From Eutreptiella sp. 'Long Island Sound 2002' (taxonomy: Eukaryota > Protista > Euglenida), in NCBI GenBank assembly GCA_964036045.1, contig OZ038378.1, positions 11,904,001-11,968,000 of the forward strand: a stretch of 64,000 nucleotides of DNA, given 5' to 3'. This document shows, piece after piece, positions 11,001 to 22,070 of the stretch; within the stretch, counting starts at the first letter, position 1; every line of letters starts with the position of its first letter. The notes under the pieces were generated by a model, which saw only the letters and a list, made by a program, of their open reading frames with translations, was not told the origin of the DNA and searched no databases. Both the position numbers and the translations under genes were made by a program.

Positions 11001-12290
11001 CGACCCGGAGCCCCCCATCTTCAATCTGACCACCGGCTGTGTGTTTGAGGGTGCGGACAGGAGCCGCGCGCGCTGCCGCTTCTGCACATCCCTGGCCCCG
11101 GGGCAGGGGTCGCTCACGGGGCAAGTCATGATGGAGCTCGGCCTTTTCACGGGCTACGCTTTCGACACGGCTTCCATCTCAAGTCTCCTGGCGAACACGC
11201 GGCTCAAGCGCATCGATCAGGACCAAGGCAAGACTCAGGTGTGTCCGTGATTCCCGCCCCTGCAGACGCACACCCGTCGCCTCTCTGCAGACCAGTGGGC
11301 ATCCCGGATGAACGGGGTCAGGCAGCGGTCGCTGGCACTCAGATGGCCGTGCCCATGGACCGTTTGTGTCCACTGGTGTGCCATACCTCAGCCGGGGAGG
11401 TCGCTTGTGGAGGGATAGTGGGAGAGAGAGAGTGACAGAAGTGCTGGTTGGGCATAGAACCGGTCAGCAGCTGCATGCTCTTGCACGAGTTGACGTCAGG
11501 CCATCACGCCCAGCTGGACCTGCCTGGAGTGCTCATTCAATGGGCGTGCACCACAGATCACTTTGTGTATCGCACCCTCTTTCCTACCGGATCACATCCA
11601 ATGCGTCCAGCCCAGGTACAACCCGCATCGTCGACGTCACACGCTACTCCGCCATGTGCGTCATCGCGCAGGACGCTTGACCAAAAGATACCGAGATCGA
11701 GCCCCAAGTGGTCGGTAGCACTCAGGTGCCGAGGCGCTAGGTGTCCTTGCTGACCCCAGTGCACGGTGGTTCGCTCGCGCCTTGACATTGCCCGAGTGTT
11801 CTACCTCCATCTCTCCCCCCGCCCCCCTCTGTATGTGAAGTGGTGGCACGAGTCATCGCTGGAGTGGTAAGCCCTTTGCTGTGCACGGGCTGGTCACGCA
11901 CATAATCGGTGGTGGTGGTCGTGGCCGTGGTGGTGGTGGTATTGCCGTTGTTGTTGTTGTCGTTTGGCTCAGGTGTACGTCGACTACCTCAAAGGCGGCG
12001 AGGAGCTCTGCATCGTCTATGACATCATTCAGCAGCTGGTCACGCAGAACCTGCAGCCGGTGCCCCATCTTGTGTACGAATACTACAGCCCCGACCGCAA
12101 GGGCGCGGCCATGGGACACGTGGCCGATACGTACGAGGGCGCGGGGCTGGCCAAGGCCCTAGGGGAACCCGGCGCTCACGTTGGCCCTGTGGGAGGTGGC
12201 TGGGGGTTGACGGGCTCGGCATCGGGCGCAGCCCCGTGCGGGTGGCTGCTGGGGCTCGTGTGCATGGCGTGTCTACTGCAGTTGCGTTGA
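1575..12290 (+). CDS. Alpha-2-macroglobulin/CD109/TEP-family thioester-containing protein; join(1575..2270,3127..3294,6485..7117,7962..8504,9088..11238,11973..12290), 1502 aa
   Basis: Six GC-rich exons join in frame across five GT-AG introns (4509 nt including stop). Signal-peptide-like N-terminus (WAALLVLLLSLL). Family motifs: DKSLYKPGQSV, EEYVLPLFEV, AKYTYGKAV, RTFFPETWLW, thioester GCGEQ (9868-9882), DGSFSAFG, SWLTAFVLK, STQDTIVGLQALAEY, VYEYYSP. Hydrophobic C-terminal tail. Confidence 0.93.
3127..3294 (+). CDS. TEP/A2M exon 2
   Basis: cacacAG|gtc acceptor; KYTYGKAVAGKLTLRF; donor aag|GT. An alternative in-phase donor exists at 3360/3361. Confidence 0.8.
4976..5039. repeat. (AC)n microsatellite in TEP intron 2
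   Basis: Uninterrupted AC run of about 64 nt. Confidence 0.97.
6485..7117 (+). CDS. TEP/A2M exon 3
   Basis: tcgcAG|gtc acceptor; EAVVTEGATG, HVKPGIPL, SPSDSFIHL; donor cag|GT. Confidence 0.85.
7269..7470. mobile_element. MITE in TEP intron 3
   Basis: 13-bp TIR CAGGGCCARGAAT (1 mismatch); flanking direct repeat GTTCCT at 7263-7268 and 7471-7476. Confidence 0.65.
7481..7517. repeat. (GTCGTG)n simple repeat
   Basis: Visible hexamer run. Confidence 0.85.
7962..8504 (+). CDS. TEP/A2M exon 4
   Basis: cccacAG|gac acceptor; MAPRAHVVAYY, DGEVVAS, LLAADRS; donor aag|GT. Confidence 0.85.
9088..11238 (+). CDS. TEP/A2M exon 5 (bait-region end, thioester domain)
   Basis: cgacAG|gcg acceptor; FPETW, GCGEQ, VCHDEMMGG; donor cag|GT. 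Confidence 0.93.
11973..12290 (+). CDS. TEP/A2M exon 6 (end of receptor-binding domain plus GPI-signal-like tail)
   Basis: gctcAG|gtg acceptor; VYVDYL..C, QNLQP, VYEYYSP; ends GWLLGLVCMACLLQLR-stop. Confidence 0.88.
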   Translation: MYVDYLKGGEELCIVYDIIQQLVTQNLQPVPHLVYEYYSPDRKGAAMGHVADTYEGAGLAKALGEPGAHVGPVGGGWGLTGSASGAAPCGWLLGLVCMACLLQLR

Positions 12291-13185
12291 GGGGTGCCCT
12301 GGAAGGGCAGCCGCATCGGGTTGTGTGAAAGGACCCGGGTTTTCGGTTGTTTACTGCGGACTGCTTGACTTCTTCGTGGAGTGTAACGAAACGGTTCGTT
12401 TTTCTTTTTGGAACGGTAGGTGGCGCTCCTGCCATGTGTTGTCACATGCGCCCCACGCGCCCATTCATCCGTCTCAGCACGACAGGAGGCATGCATTATG
12501 TACAACGGACCCGGTGACCTGGAGTGGGGTGCGTGGGTTTGGGTGTCCACATTGAAGGGGGTGGTGTGGAATCGCCTCGGGTTTCATACAATCCACCCCT
12601 AACTCCTGTATGGGCCTATACAACAGCCCTGCAGTGTACAATACCTGACACATTCAGTGTGTGCGCCCTCTGGAACCAGTGAAGTACTGGCTGGTCACAG
12701 TGCAGATGTTAGCACAATGCACTACCATCTCCTCCTTTGTATGTTGTTGCTTGTGCATTTCACACAGGATGGGACCCCAGCCAAGAACTATGAAGTGTAT
12801 GATGACACAAAAGGAAAAGCGGAGGGGGGGGGTTCACAGACAGCAGCACACGTCCGCAGTCAGCATCACAAAGGACAGCAGACATGAGCACAAACGGAAG
12901 AAGAGGGCAGCGCTGAAATCAGCAGTCGGCAACACAAAGCTCAGCACTCAGCAGCTCGAAGGTCATCAGTCAGCAGCAGAAAGATCAGCAGACAGCAGCA
13001 CAAAGGTCAGCGGCCTGCAGCACCACATCTCTCGCTCGGCAGCAGCCCCAAAAGCTGCACCCACCCCTGTGTTTTGGCACACATTAAAGAAGGGGCGGAG
13101 TGCACACAATTGGGCAACTCGTCAAGTCCAGACTGCATTGGCCCTTGATGGCAAGACCAGCTGGCGAGGAGGCACTCAGTGATGA

Positions 13186-13281
13186 TGAGGTTGTTGTTGA
13201 TGAGGTTGATGATGGTATTTTTAGTTTTGTTGTTGTTGTTGTTGTTGTGTTGCTGCTGCTGCTTCTACTGCTGCTGCTGTT
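13186..13281. repeat. (GAT/GTT/GCT)n trinucleotide tract
   Basis: Visible low-complexity run. Confidence 0.85.
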
Positions 13282-14013
13282 GGCGGCACCTATCACACGC
13301 AGGCGTCGCAGGCCTCTAACTCTTGCCATTTTCTCCCACTTTCCCTCGCTCCACGGTGCAGACTGAGACAGGAAAGGCCTGACCTTGGGCTTTTGGGGGC
13401 TGCTTTTCTGCAGGGCATGATGGTGGGGCTTGGAAGGAATTCTGCCCTGTTGGACTGGCATGAAGCAGGGGATTGGGGGGGGGGGGGGTATTTTGGTTGC
13501 CTTTTGTGTGGGGTTTTCATCCAGGGGGAGCGGGACGTTCGGCATTTCTGTGCGATTTCTATTATTTTTGCTGCAGGACCAAGAAGATGTGCTGAAAGGT
13601 GAGTTTTTCATTTCCAGAAATTTGAATTTCTTGGCTGTGATGATGGCGTGAGCAGCTTGTTCTTCTGCAGCAGTTGTAGGCTGGTTGATATATGCACTGT
13701 GCACATGATGCAGAAATCAAAGCATGGCGGACCACAGGCAGCCATTACTTTCAAGGGGTTTGGGTATTGCAAGCATTTCAGGCCTTTTTCAACACTATTT
13801 GAAATTAACAGAGGGGATTTCAACCGCAGCTTTGTATGATTCTCACTTTTTATGCATCCATGTTGCTGGACTCCACCCCTCTGAGCCTGTGCACAAAGTG
13901 ATTGATGGGCAGAACTCGTAAAACCTGAAATGCAATTGTTTTAGGGAGGTTTCTGATTCGTGGTGCAACCAGGGTGGGTAGTACGTCTTCTGATGACAGG
14001 GTATGCAGCGCTT

Positions 14014-14125
14014 TCACGGGTTCTGTATGTTCTTGGAGTGAAGAGGTGTGCAGGTTTGTAGACCAAAACATCACGGGTTCTGTATGTTCTTGGAGTGAAG
14101 AGGTGTGCAGGTTTGTAGACCAAAA
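14014..14125. repeat. 57-bp tandem duplication (about 2 copies)
   Basis: tcacgggttctgtatg...gtagaccaaaa starts at 14014 and again at 14071. Confidence 0.9.
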
Positions 14126-14746
14126 GGGTCCACGTGGGTTTGACACTGTGGCTGCGGATGTGATAACAGCTCCGACGGTATGCAGGCTCCATCCACCCCC
14201 ACGTGTGACAGAGCTTTGTCAACCCTGGGTGCCTGAAGGTCCACCCACACAGGTCTTCCAGCATCTTAGGCGGCTCAAGTTGCATTGTCAAAATGCGCCC
14301 AAAACTTTCTCTCCACGGCACTGCGAAAAAATAGTCCTTTTGGGGTGGACCTAAAACACAAGAACCAAAAATCCTGTGAAAAGCAATTAACTGGTCCATT
14401 TTCCTTTATTTTCAACAAAACCGACTGCCCGGGAAAATGATTTATTTCCACAAAAATGAAGTTCTTTTTTGGGAAAACCACGACTTTTTGTTTCCTATAC
14501 CACTTATGCTTTGCAATAAAAACACCCATGAGCTTTCAATCTTTTGGAAAACCAGTTTTCGAAAACCATGTTGCACGCTGCACGACAAGAAGCATTTTTT
14601 GGCACCCCTTCTTTGCGCGAGGCCTCGCGCAAACACCAACACAACAGCGCAATAAAATGCATCACAGAGAAAAATGTGCCGCACAAGGTGACAGCATAAA
14701 GGTCGTCGAAGAGGAATGCATAGCGCCAGCCCTCGCGCATAATGTA

Positions 14747-17093
14747 TCAGAACAAGCGAAGAAATTGCTTTTTCTTCGGAACAGTTTGCATCTTAGAACC
14801 CAATGCCTTAGCAATGGACGTCTTACCCTTAGGCGGTGGCTTTGTGGGCTCGCTTCTTGGTAAGGACTGACGGGCTGGTTGCTTGAATGGAGCTCGGGCC
14901 CCGGTTTCCTCGGACCTCGGCTTCGCTGCCACTTTCTTCGCTGCCTTGCCCTGGGAGACCTGCGCTTCCTCCTCCTCTTCTTCCTCGCTCTCCTCCTCTT
15001 CATCCCCATCGCTCCCGTCGGATTCTGCACCGGTAACCGACTTCGCTGCCTGAGGCTTGGAGGCAGTCTTCTTCTTCTTGGGGGCTGGTTCCCCACCAGT
15101 AGACTTCCGCTTTGCAGGGGCCAGTGTTTCTGCAGCTTGACCTTTCTCAACAGTCTCTTCCTCCTTCAGCGACAACGCATCAGAACCCACCTTGTCATCG
15201 CGAACCCAAAGGGGAATACCACGGTTTGACCACTTGGCTTGCTGGTCCCAATCACCAGATGCGTCGAGTTTCGACCCTTGTGTCAATACGTGGTTCAACT
15301 GAGTCTGCACTTTGTTGACCCAATCGTGGAGATTGTCGGAGGTAACACCAAGAAGGTACATGCGAGAATCCGGCTCGATGGACGCGATCTTGCACACCAG
15401 ATCCGGCTGATGATCAATGAACACAAACGCAGGCTTGAAGCTCTTATCCTGCTTCAGGTAAAAGAGGTGAGTGTCGAAATACCACATAACCGTCGTTATC
15501 GGAAGGTGACCGCCAAATTCAACAGGATCCATCTCCTCTACTTGAGGAGGTCGAAACGTCAGATAATTCGGAATGTGCAATGAGGGAGAAGTTATTGCAC
15601 GAGGCCTCGCGCCAAGAGCGGACGTAATGAGAGAATTATACCTTTCTCGACCAGCTATCCGGTGACGAAATTAGCAACCAGCGAACGTCAAACGTTGTAG
15701 GATCCCCTGCAAGCTTTGGTTTGACTGGCCAACTGAAGATGGGAACACGCAACATGTTAGCCATGCGCGGCGCGTTGAAATCATCGTTGAGACGCCTATC
15801 TGTTTCCGTCTCCAGCCCGTTGAACATGTTGTCAACAACAGTTTGAGAGCCGCAGATAAGGGTATCGGCACGCGCCATCTCTTCATACTACCAGGCTGGG
15901 CACATCATCTTAGGAGCAAGATGTTCAAATATGTCGCCGTTGATGACAATCAGGTTCTTGTCAATCTCAATAAACCGCCTCGGGGGATCGTGGGCCAACG
16001 CTGCAATTCGGGTCGCCTTAATTGTGATAGTTTGACTTGACAGTAATGGATCCTGCTATTCCACTGTCTTGAAGTCACCAGTAACGCCAGCAGCTGGGGG
16101 GACCACACAGCTCTTGGTAGGCTCTTGACCCAGGAGTTTTTGGACGTTGAGGATTTTCAGGGAGGCGGGTTTGCCTTTCTCTACCACCTGCCACAGTGGT
16201 GCGCGAATCATGGATTTCCATGCCGGCCATGGACTGCGACTTTTGCCTTCAGGTTCCCGCCAATAGCCCCATGTACCAAGAGTCACCTTCAGGGCAGGCC
16301 TTCCAAGTGCAGCAACCTCTTTGCGGGTCCGCATGTCTTTGGCTAAAGAACAGAAACGGAGAAAGTGCGGCGCACCAATGCAGAAACGGAACCCGCGTCG
16401 CGTCGATGGTACACACCTTTCTCAGGTCGAACGTACTGGCCGTTGTGCGGGTGGTCCAGGTGCATTGAGACCCACTAGTCAAGGATGATGTCGTCAATCG
16501 AATTCGGCAAGGATTTAAGGGTTGTTTTTTCTTCCTGCATCACTTCTGCCACTTTGTTGTAGAACTCCGGCAACAGGATCCCGTCCGGTTTCTTCAGCGC
16601 GGTCTTCGTGACTTTCTCCCCTTTGTCGTGGTACTTTTGCACACCTTTCACAGCTTCCGGACCAGCATAGTAGGCAAACGTCATAAAATGTTTCCACAAT
16701 TTATACGTTTTGTCCTCAAAGTGACAACGTTATGCGCGAGGCCTTGCGCAACGAACAACATCGAAACAACGATTAATGAACATACAAATTGACCAGGCTG
16801 CTTCAGTTCAGCGGTTGGAACCAGGGCACTCATCTGCACAGGGCACACTTACGCCCCTTCTTTGGTGTTCCAACCTCCGATCCTGAGGTCCCAGGGTCAT
16901 AGTCGGTATCTTCTCGTTCCTCGGCTATTTTTTTTGGCGGGGCTTGCCATTCTGCGATAAGGAGAAAGCTTGTATTGAAGGAAACATAACATTGAAAAGG
17001 GTTAAAATCGTCGTCGATAATGCATATGTGAGGCGCTTTTAGCGAATACGAGTACAGTATGGTTGAGAATGCAAAACTGAAGGGGCTCGGCAC
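14747..17093 (-). pseudogene. Accessory gene of the DNA transposon, split or frameshifted, function unknown
   Basis: Protein-like ORF blocks 16830-17093, 16475-16699, 16249-16497, 16056-16334, 15636-15878 and 14747-15580; acidic and Lys-rich C-terminus (KRKS..PKKKK). Confidence 0.55.
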
Positions 17094-17286
17094 TGTTTTT
17101 GACTGTTAACCTTGCGCGAGGATTCGCGCAAGAGAGGGGGTGTACTAACCTGTTGTTTCATGCTGTTTGCGCGAGGCCTCGCGCATCATTGCATGTTCTC
17201 CAAACTTTTTTTCGATCGTTTCGCAGCGTGTGGGCCTCTCTCTGTTCCTCCAACACAGTGCGTTGGGGGATCAGCTCCGACTGTTT

Positions 17287-19197
17287 TCACTTAAAACCAG
17301 CCTTAAGGGGCCCCTGCTGCGTTAGCACCAACAACACAGACACAAGGACTTGTTTGTAGTGGTTAGAACCCTTTGGAATTAGAAGAGACGGTAGAAAGTT
17401 AGGTACACCCCTGCGCGGCCAATGCGTCTGAATTGTACAAGTAGGCTCAGCACACCACCTAACCCAAGGCACATATACACGCTCTGCATTCAAGTAAGCA
17501 GTTAACCGCTGACGCACGGAATTGACAAAGGAATTGGGGATTTTGCAGACGTTCACCCTGTGACCTTCTTTGCGGATGGTGATGAGATGATACAGATCGT
17601 CAACATCTTCAATGGTTACTGCACCTCTGTTTTGGCCCTTCTTTGTCACAAGGCTGGAAAGCAGACTTTCACAAAACTCCTGGGCAAAAGTATGTCCAGG
17701 CATGGCTGTGTGCCATGCAGTGTGGCACAATAGCGCAGTTGCAACAGTGCGTTCGTATTTTAAAAGTGTGTCCCCCATGTTCAAACAGTCTAACAGACAC
17801 ATAACAATCTGCAATCCCTCAGAAGCAAAAACACCCGTGTTGGCCGTCTCCCCGGCCCAATTGCACTGTCTAACGAGGTGACCTAGGTATAGTAACATAG
17901 GACAGTATTGTGTTAACGGAACCTGTATGGCCTTACACACAGCATAACGGAGGCGTCCTCGCCGATTTACAGGACGTGCCAGCCCAAGGGAATGACATTT
18001 TCTGTTAAGGCGCCGTATGTGGGGGCCCATACCCAACAGCAGTGCGCCAACAGTTATGTCCATTGTGATCAGCTTGGGAAAACAGGGGACTGTGTCACCG
18101 CTGCGCAACAAACCTTTACGGAAGAAAGTCACGATCGGCCAAAATGAGCGAAATGTTTGTGTAACGGAAAACTTGTACGCGTGCCAGAAACCATACAATA
18201 TAGGGTGTGACCGCAAGAAAAGCCAGACGTTTCAACCCGTTGTTTTTTCACCGTAAATCATCTTACAAATGCGGTAATGGATGTTCTCATCACATAAAAC
18301 AGGCACGACTGGTCGAGTGTGCTGCGCCAAGTCCCTAGTGAATTGCAATAGATTAAGCAGCGAGACGTTGCCGCTCACCTTTTCTTTACTTAGACAAAGG
18401 GGTCGTCAATGTGGTCTCTTGGCAGGTACAGGGCCAATAATGTCAAGCGGTGCCCTAATGTTTCGAACAACAGGTTGCGTGCTTGCAAATCCTAGATCAC
18501 GCAGGATACGTGTAAATGTTCCCTCGGTGTTCCCGAGCATGCGTGCAACATCAGGAACACGCCGTTCAAGCTCTTCCAGGCTAGGATGACCATGCCAGTA
18601 GCGCAGTGCATCCTTCAGTAGCAACACAACCAACGCTGTTGCGTTCAGGCTTTTGTCGTTCTTGTCAGGATTTATGGTAAACTGTTTGCTGTACCAGTTG
18701 TCCATCCACAACACAGCCCACTGTTGGTGTATTTTGTTCCATGTAGTCTGTAACCTGACTGCGGCCTTCTCCTTCAGCGAAGGTGCGCTGTATCGCGCCA
18801 GACCTGACCTTGCTAAAATGCGACGCTGCGCCCTACTTCCCTCTACCGCAACAACTGACTTTGGTTTTACTTGGTATGGAACTGCGCGGTGGCGCATCAG
18901 CAAATAAAGGCGCCAGGCCTCCTCTATCAAAACACCAACCCATCTCTTGCCTTCTGCCGCAATCGCCTTTTCAACGCTGCAACGCGTCCGTTCATTTTTG
19001 CGCAGACGCAGAAAAAACACAAACAACAATCGCGCGCCCTCGTCCCCCTGTTTTAGCCCTTCCCACAGTTCTTCTGCCGTGTGGTACGGCGGTTCCTCTG
19101 AGCAGACATCGCGGAAAACTCCAGATGCTGCGGCCACTGTCTTCTCAAGGTCCACCTCTTTTCGCAGGGGCATTGTTGCTGTGAAGAATAATTGCAT
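17287..19197 (-). pseudogene. DDE-type transposase with two in-frame TGA codons
   Basis: One reading frame of 637 codons with TGA at 18408-18406 and 18234-18232; candidate catalytic motifs WMDNWY (D 18702), LCDENIH (D 18291), GFWHAYK, QEFCESLL (E 17670); lies between the TIRs. Confidence 0.7.
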
Positions 19198-19411
19198 ACC
19201 TATATCTATGTAAAGATCGCTGTTTGAAAAACTTTCTTGATTTCAAACATCAACCTGTCACACAGTTTTCGCGCGACCAATTATTCTGTGATTCGCTTGT
19301 CGCATGCACCATTTTCGGTTAACTGTAACTGTCTGGTGATCCCACATTTGACTAGTTAATCCTGATTGCGGTAGCCAGTTGCGGCGCGCTACCATCGCTG
19401 TTGGGCAGTGA

Positions 19412-19977
19412 AGTGCAACAATTCAGGACTGCCATTCAGATTAGACAGTCGCGATCAGCTGCAGATGCTCGTGAGATCGCGTGTGTTCCATTACAGTGGC
19501 GCTTAGCTGCAGAGGTTGCGTCTTTAATCAGACTTGGAGCTGAAAGGGCCAGACAATTCTTGATGTGTTGATGTCAGTGTTCCAATCAAACTGTAGGTTC
19601 CAATGGCAGTTGCGGATCGGTCAGAAAGTTATATAGGAGAGTCGATTCTACATGTCCATTGATGCCGATTGATCATACCTCAATGGTAAAGCATTGTAGG
19701 CTTGATGTTAAGATTGGTCTGCCATTGACGAGTATATGCAATCCCAATCTTGTTTTGTTATCTTGTGTTTATTTTGTGTTGCCATCCTTTAGCACGGATA
19801 TATGATGGATCTATTAGAGTTTCAGTCTTCCGGACTTTGAAACTATTCAAGAACTTCAGGACTCCTTTTGGTATTGTGCCTTGCCTATCTCCTTGTGGGC
19901 CAATTGAGGATCATTGTGGTGAAAATCAAGCTTTGGGGAATATTGCGAAATATTTTGGGTTTCGAGTTCGTGGGATT
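19412..19977 (+). repeat. 5' LTR (566 bp)
   Basis: Matches 34721-35284 by eye except one 2-nt TG indel. Confidence 0.92.
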
Positions 19978-20033
19978 AAAAACTCTAATCTCCTTCGTGT
20001 ATCCACACCCAATCGGATAATTTCACCACCAAA

Positions 20034-22070
20034 ATGGACTTGGATCTCATCAACGATATGGAAGAGGTTGTTGAACAACAATTTGGTTCTCACGTTGAGC
20101 ATTTATCAAACAAAAAACCAAGTGTTAAGAAGGTTATCTCGCACTTTGAGGCCATGAGTGATTCCGGCGAGACTTCAAGCGCTAATTCTATGGGTCGTCG
20201 AAAACAAATTGCCACCAAGTCTTCCGCCGGCTCTAAAGATGCACCAAAGTTGAGGAGCTCCTCAAAATCCCCATCGGATTCATTTTCGGACTTTTTGCAT
20301 CAAATTGGTCCCAATGTATTGTCGACAAGTAATTCACCACGTGACAAGGTGAAAATTGTGAAACGGCGACGACGTGAGAGTCGAGGACCGACAACCTTCA
20401 CGCCCATTGAACAAGCCGTGCAAGTTGTGCTTAAACAAGACCTCGATGATTGCAAACATCGCACGGAACAAGTTGAATTTCGACTAGCCCGCCTTGAAGA
20501 GAACGTGACCAAGGGTGGCGACAAAATTGAGTCGTCCGGAAATGCTTTTGAAGACAATGTGAGACGAGTTGTCACACATGAAATGCAAGGAGACCTCATG
20601 AGAGACATGGTGAGGAATGCCCTTGATGATGAACGACGCCAACGTGAGTGTGATGAATTTGATGAGACGTTGTCCTCACGGTTGAATCAACAACATAGCA
20701 AGCAGGCGGACGACAAATTGTGGGATAACATTCGTCGTTTGCTTTCCAAAGAATTGTTGCATGACGGTGATATCGTGGGACAGCTAAGGGGCATCATTCA
20801 AGCCGAACAACTTCATGGGTTGGATGAGATAGCCATCATAGACAAGGTGAAGAACATTGCTCGTGAGGAACATGCAAATGGGTTACAACGAGGTGTTGTG
20901 GACACCCATATTCGGTGTCTCGTGTCTCAATCACTTGCCCAAGGAGCCGGTGCTTCGACACGTGATCAACATGGAATTGACCACTTAACCATATTGGAAC
21001 AAGTGAAGCGCATTGTCCGTGAGGAAAATGCGCTGTTGATCAAACAACAATCTTTTGGTGAACGAATTATGTGCCTCACTTCAACCATGGCGTCACGACT
21101 GGACGCACTTGAAAATGAGATGTTGAGGCGCACGGAGCTTGATGCACGACTTTCAGCCATTGATGCATCATTGATCGCGCGGAATAATGAGTTGGTGCCA
21201 CTTAGTGCCAAAATGTCTACACTTGATGCACAAATTCGTTCCATGAGTCTTCCGGGTGGGGGACAGCATATGCATGAGTCCAAAATGACTGTGGTTGAGT
21301 CTTCCTTGAACTCCCAGCTTGAGAGTGTGAGAAAACAATTGGAGACACACACCATAGACTTCCAAGCCTTGAGCCAAATGGTCAAGGAGAAAATACCTAA
21401 ACATGTTTCTCAAGATGAGTTTCAAAGAACACTCACATCTACCAATACAACATTGGAGGCACTTCAACCTAAATTTCGCATACATGATCAATTACCACAA
21501 TCTTTGGATCTCTTGGAAACCAAATGTCGTGCTACTGAGGTCCAGGTGTCCCAATTACAGAGCCACCTTGCATCTAGTGGTGAGTTGGCTACGACGGTTG
21601 AGCGGTTGCAATCACGGGTGAAGAGGTTAGAAGCAGCACCATTGGCCGGAGTTTCTGGTCCGCCTTTGCCTTCTTCAATTGATAATATTCCAGCGGGTGT
21701 TTTGCCTCGCTTAGATGAGATCGAAGGACAAATGAATGCGTTGCAGAAGCATACTGACGGGTCACTTTTCAACATTCGGGAAGAAATTCGAAAAGAACAT
21801 GCCCTTTTGGCGAATCAAATTCATGAGGTTCCAGGCAGGTATGTTTCTTCCAGCATGTATGCTTCATTGGTGTCCGACATGGACCAATTCAAGGGTGAAG
21901 TGATACGAAAAAAAGAACATGAAGTGCTACAAGGCACTCTTGCATCCTTGAGGGCTGACCTTGCGGGTGGTGTGGTGCCTGCTTCTGATTTTAAGAAGTT
22001 ACAGCTTGAGGTAACAAGGATTGTCGATGATGTTGTACAAAAAGGTGTGTTCCAACAGTATCAACATTAG
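20034..22070 (+). CDS. 678-aa coiled-coil ORF at the 5' end of the Gypsy element (extra ORF or gag N-terminal extension)
   Basis: Long open frame rich in L/E/Q/K helical heptads; ends at a single TAG that is in frame with the next ORF. Confidence 0.75.
   Translation: MDLDLINDMEEVVEQQFGSHVEHLSNKKPSVKKVISHFEAMSDSGETSSANSMGRRKQIATKSSAGSKDAPKLRSSSKSPSDSFSDFLHQIGPNVLSTSNSPRDKVKIVKRRRRESRGPTTFTPIEQAVQVVLKQDLDDCKHRTEQVEFRLARLEENVTKGGDKIESSGNAFEDNVRRVVTHEMQGDLMRDMVRNALDDERRQRECDEFDETLSSRLNQQHSKQADDKLWDNIRRLLSKELLHDGDIVGQLRGIIQAEQLHGLDEIAIIDKVKNIAREEHANGLQRGVVDTHIRCLVSQSLAQGAGASTRDQHGIDHLTILEQVKRIVREENALLIKQQSFGERIMCLTSTMASRLDALENEMLRRTELDARLSAIDASLIARNNELVPLSAKMSTLDAQIRSMSLPGGGQHMHESKMTVVESSLNSQLESVRKQLETHTIDFQALSQMVKEKIPKHVSQDEFQRTLTSTNTTLEALQPKFRIHDQLPQSLDLLETKCRATEVQVSQLQSHLASSGELATTVERLQSRVKRLEAAPLAGVSGPPLPSSIDNIPAGVLPRLDEIEGQMNALQKHTDGSLFNIREEIRKEHALLANQIHEVPGRYVSSSMYASLVSDMDQFKGEVIRKKEHEVLQGTLASLRADLAGGVVPASDFKKLQLEVTRIVDDVVQKGVFQQYQH

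Noticed and set aside
8802-11048. 748-aa ORF overlapping TEP exon 5, and antisense ORFs such as 10306-11124
   Set aside because: Shadow frames of GC-rich coding sequence; Arg/Gly/Ala-rich with no motifs.
14612-17186. Palindrome series as a CRISPR array or REP elements
   Set aside because: Spacing is irregular (55 bp to over 1 kb) and separated by coding blocks.
18232-18408. Alternative genetic code (TGA = Trp)
   Set aside because: TGA terminates the TEP gene and pol normally, and Trp is encoded by TGG elsewhere.
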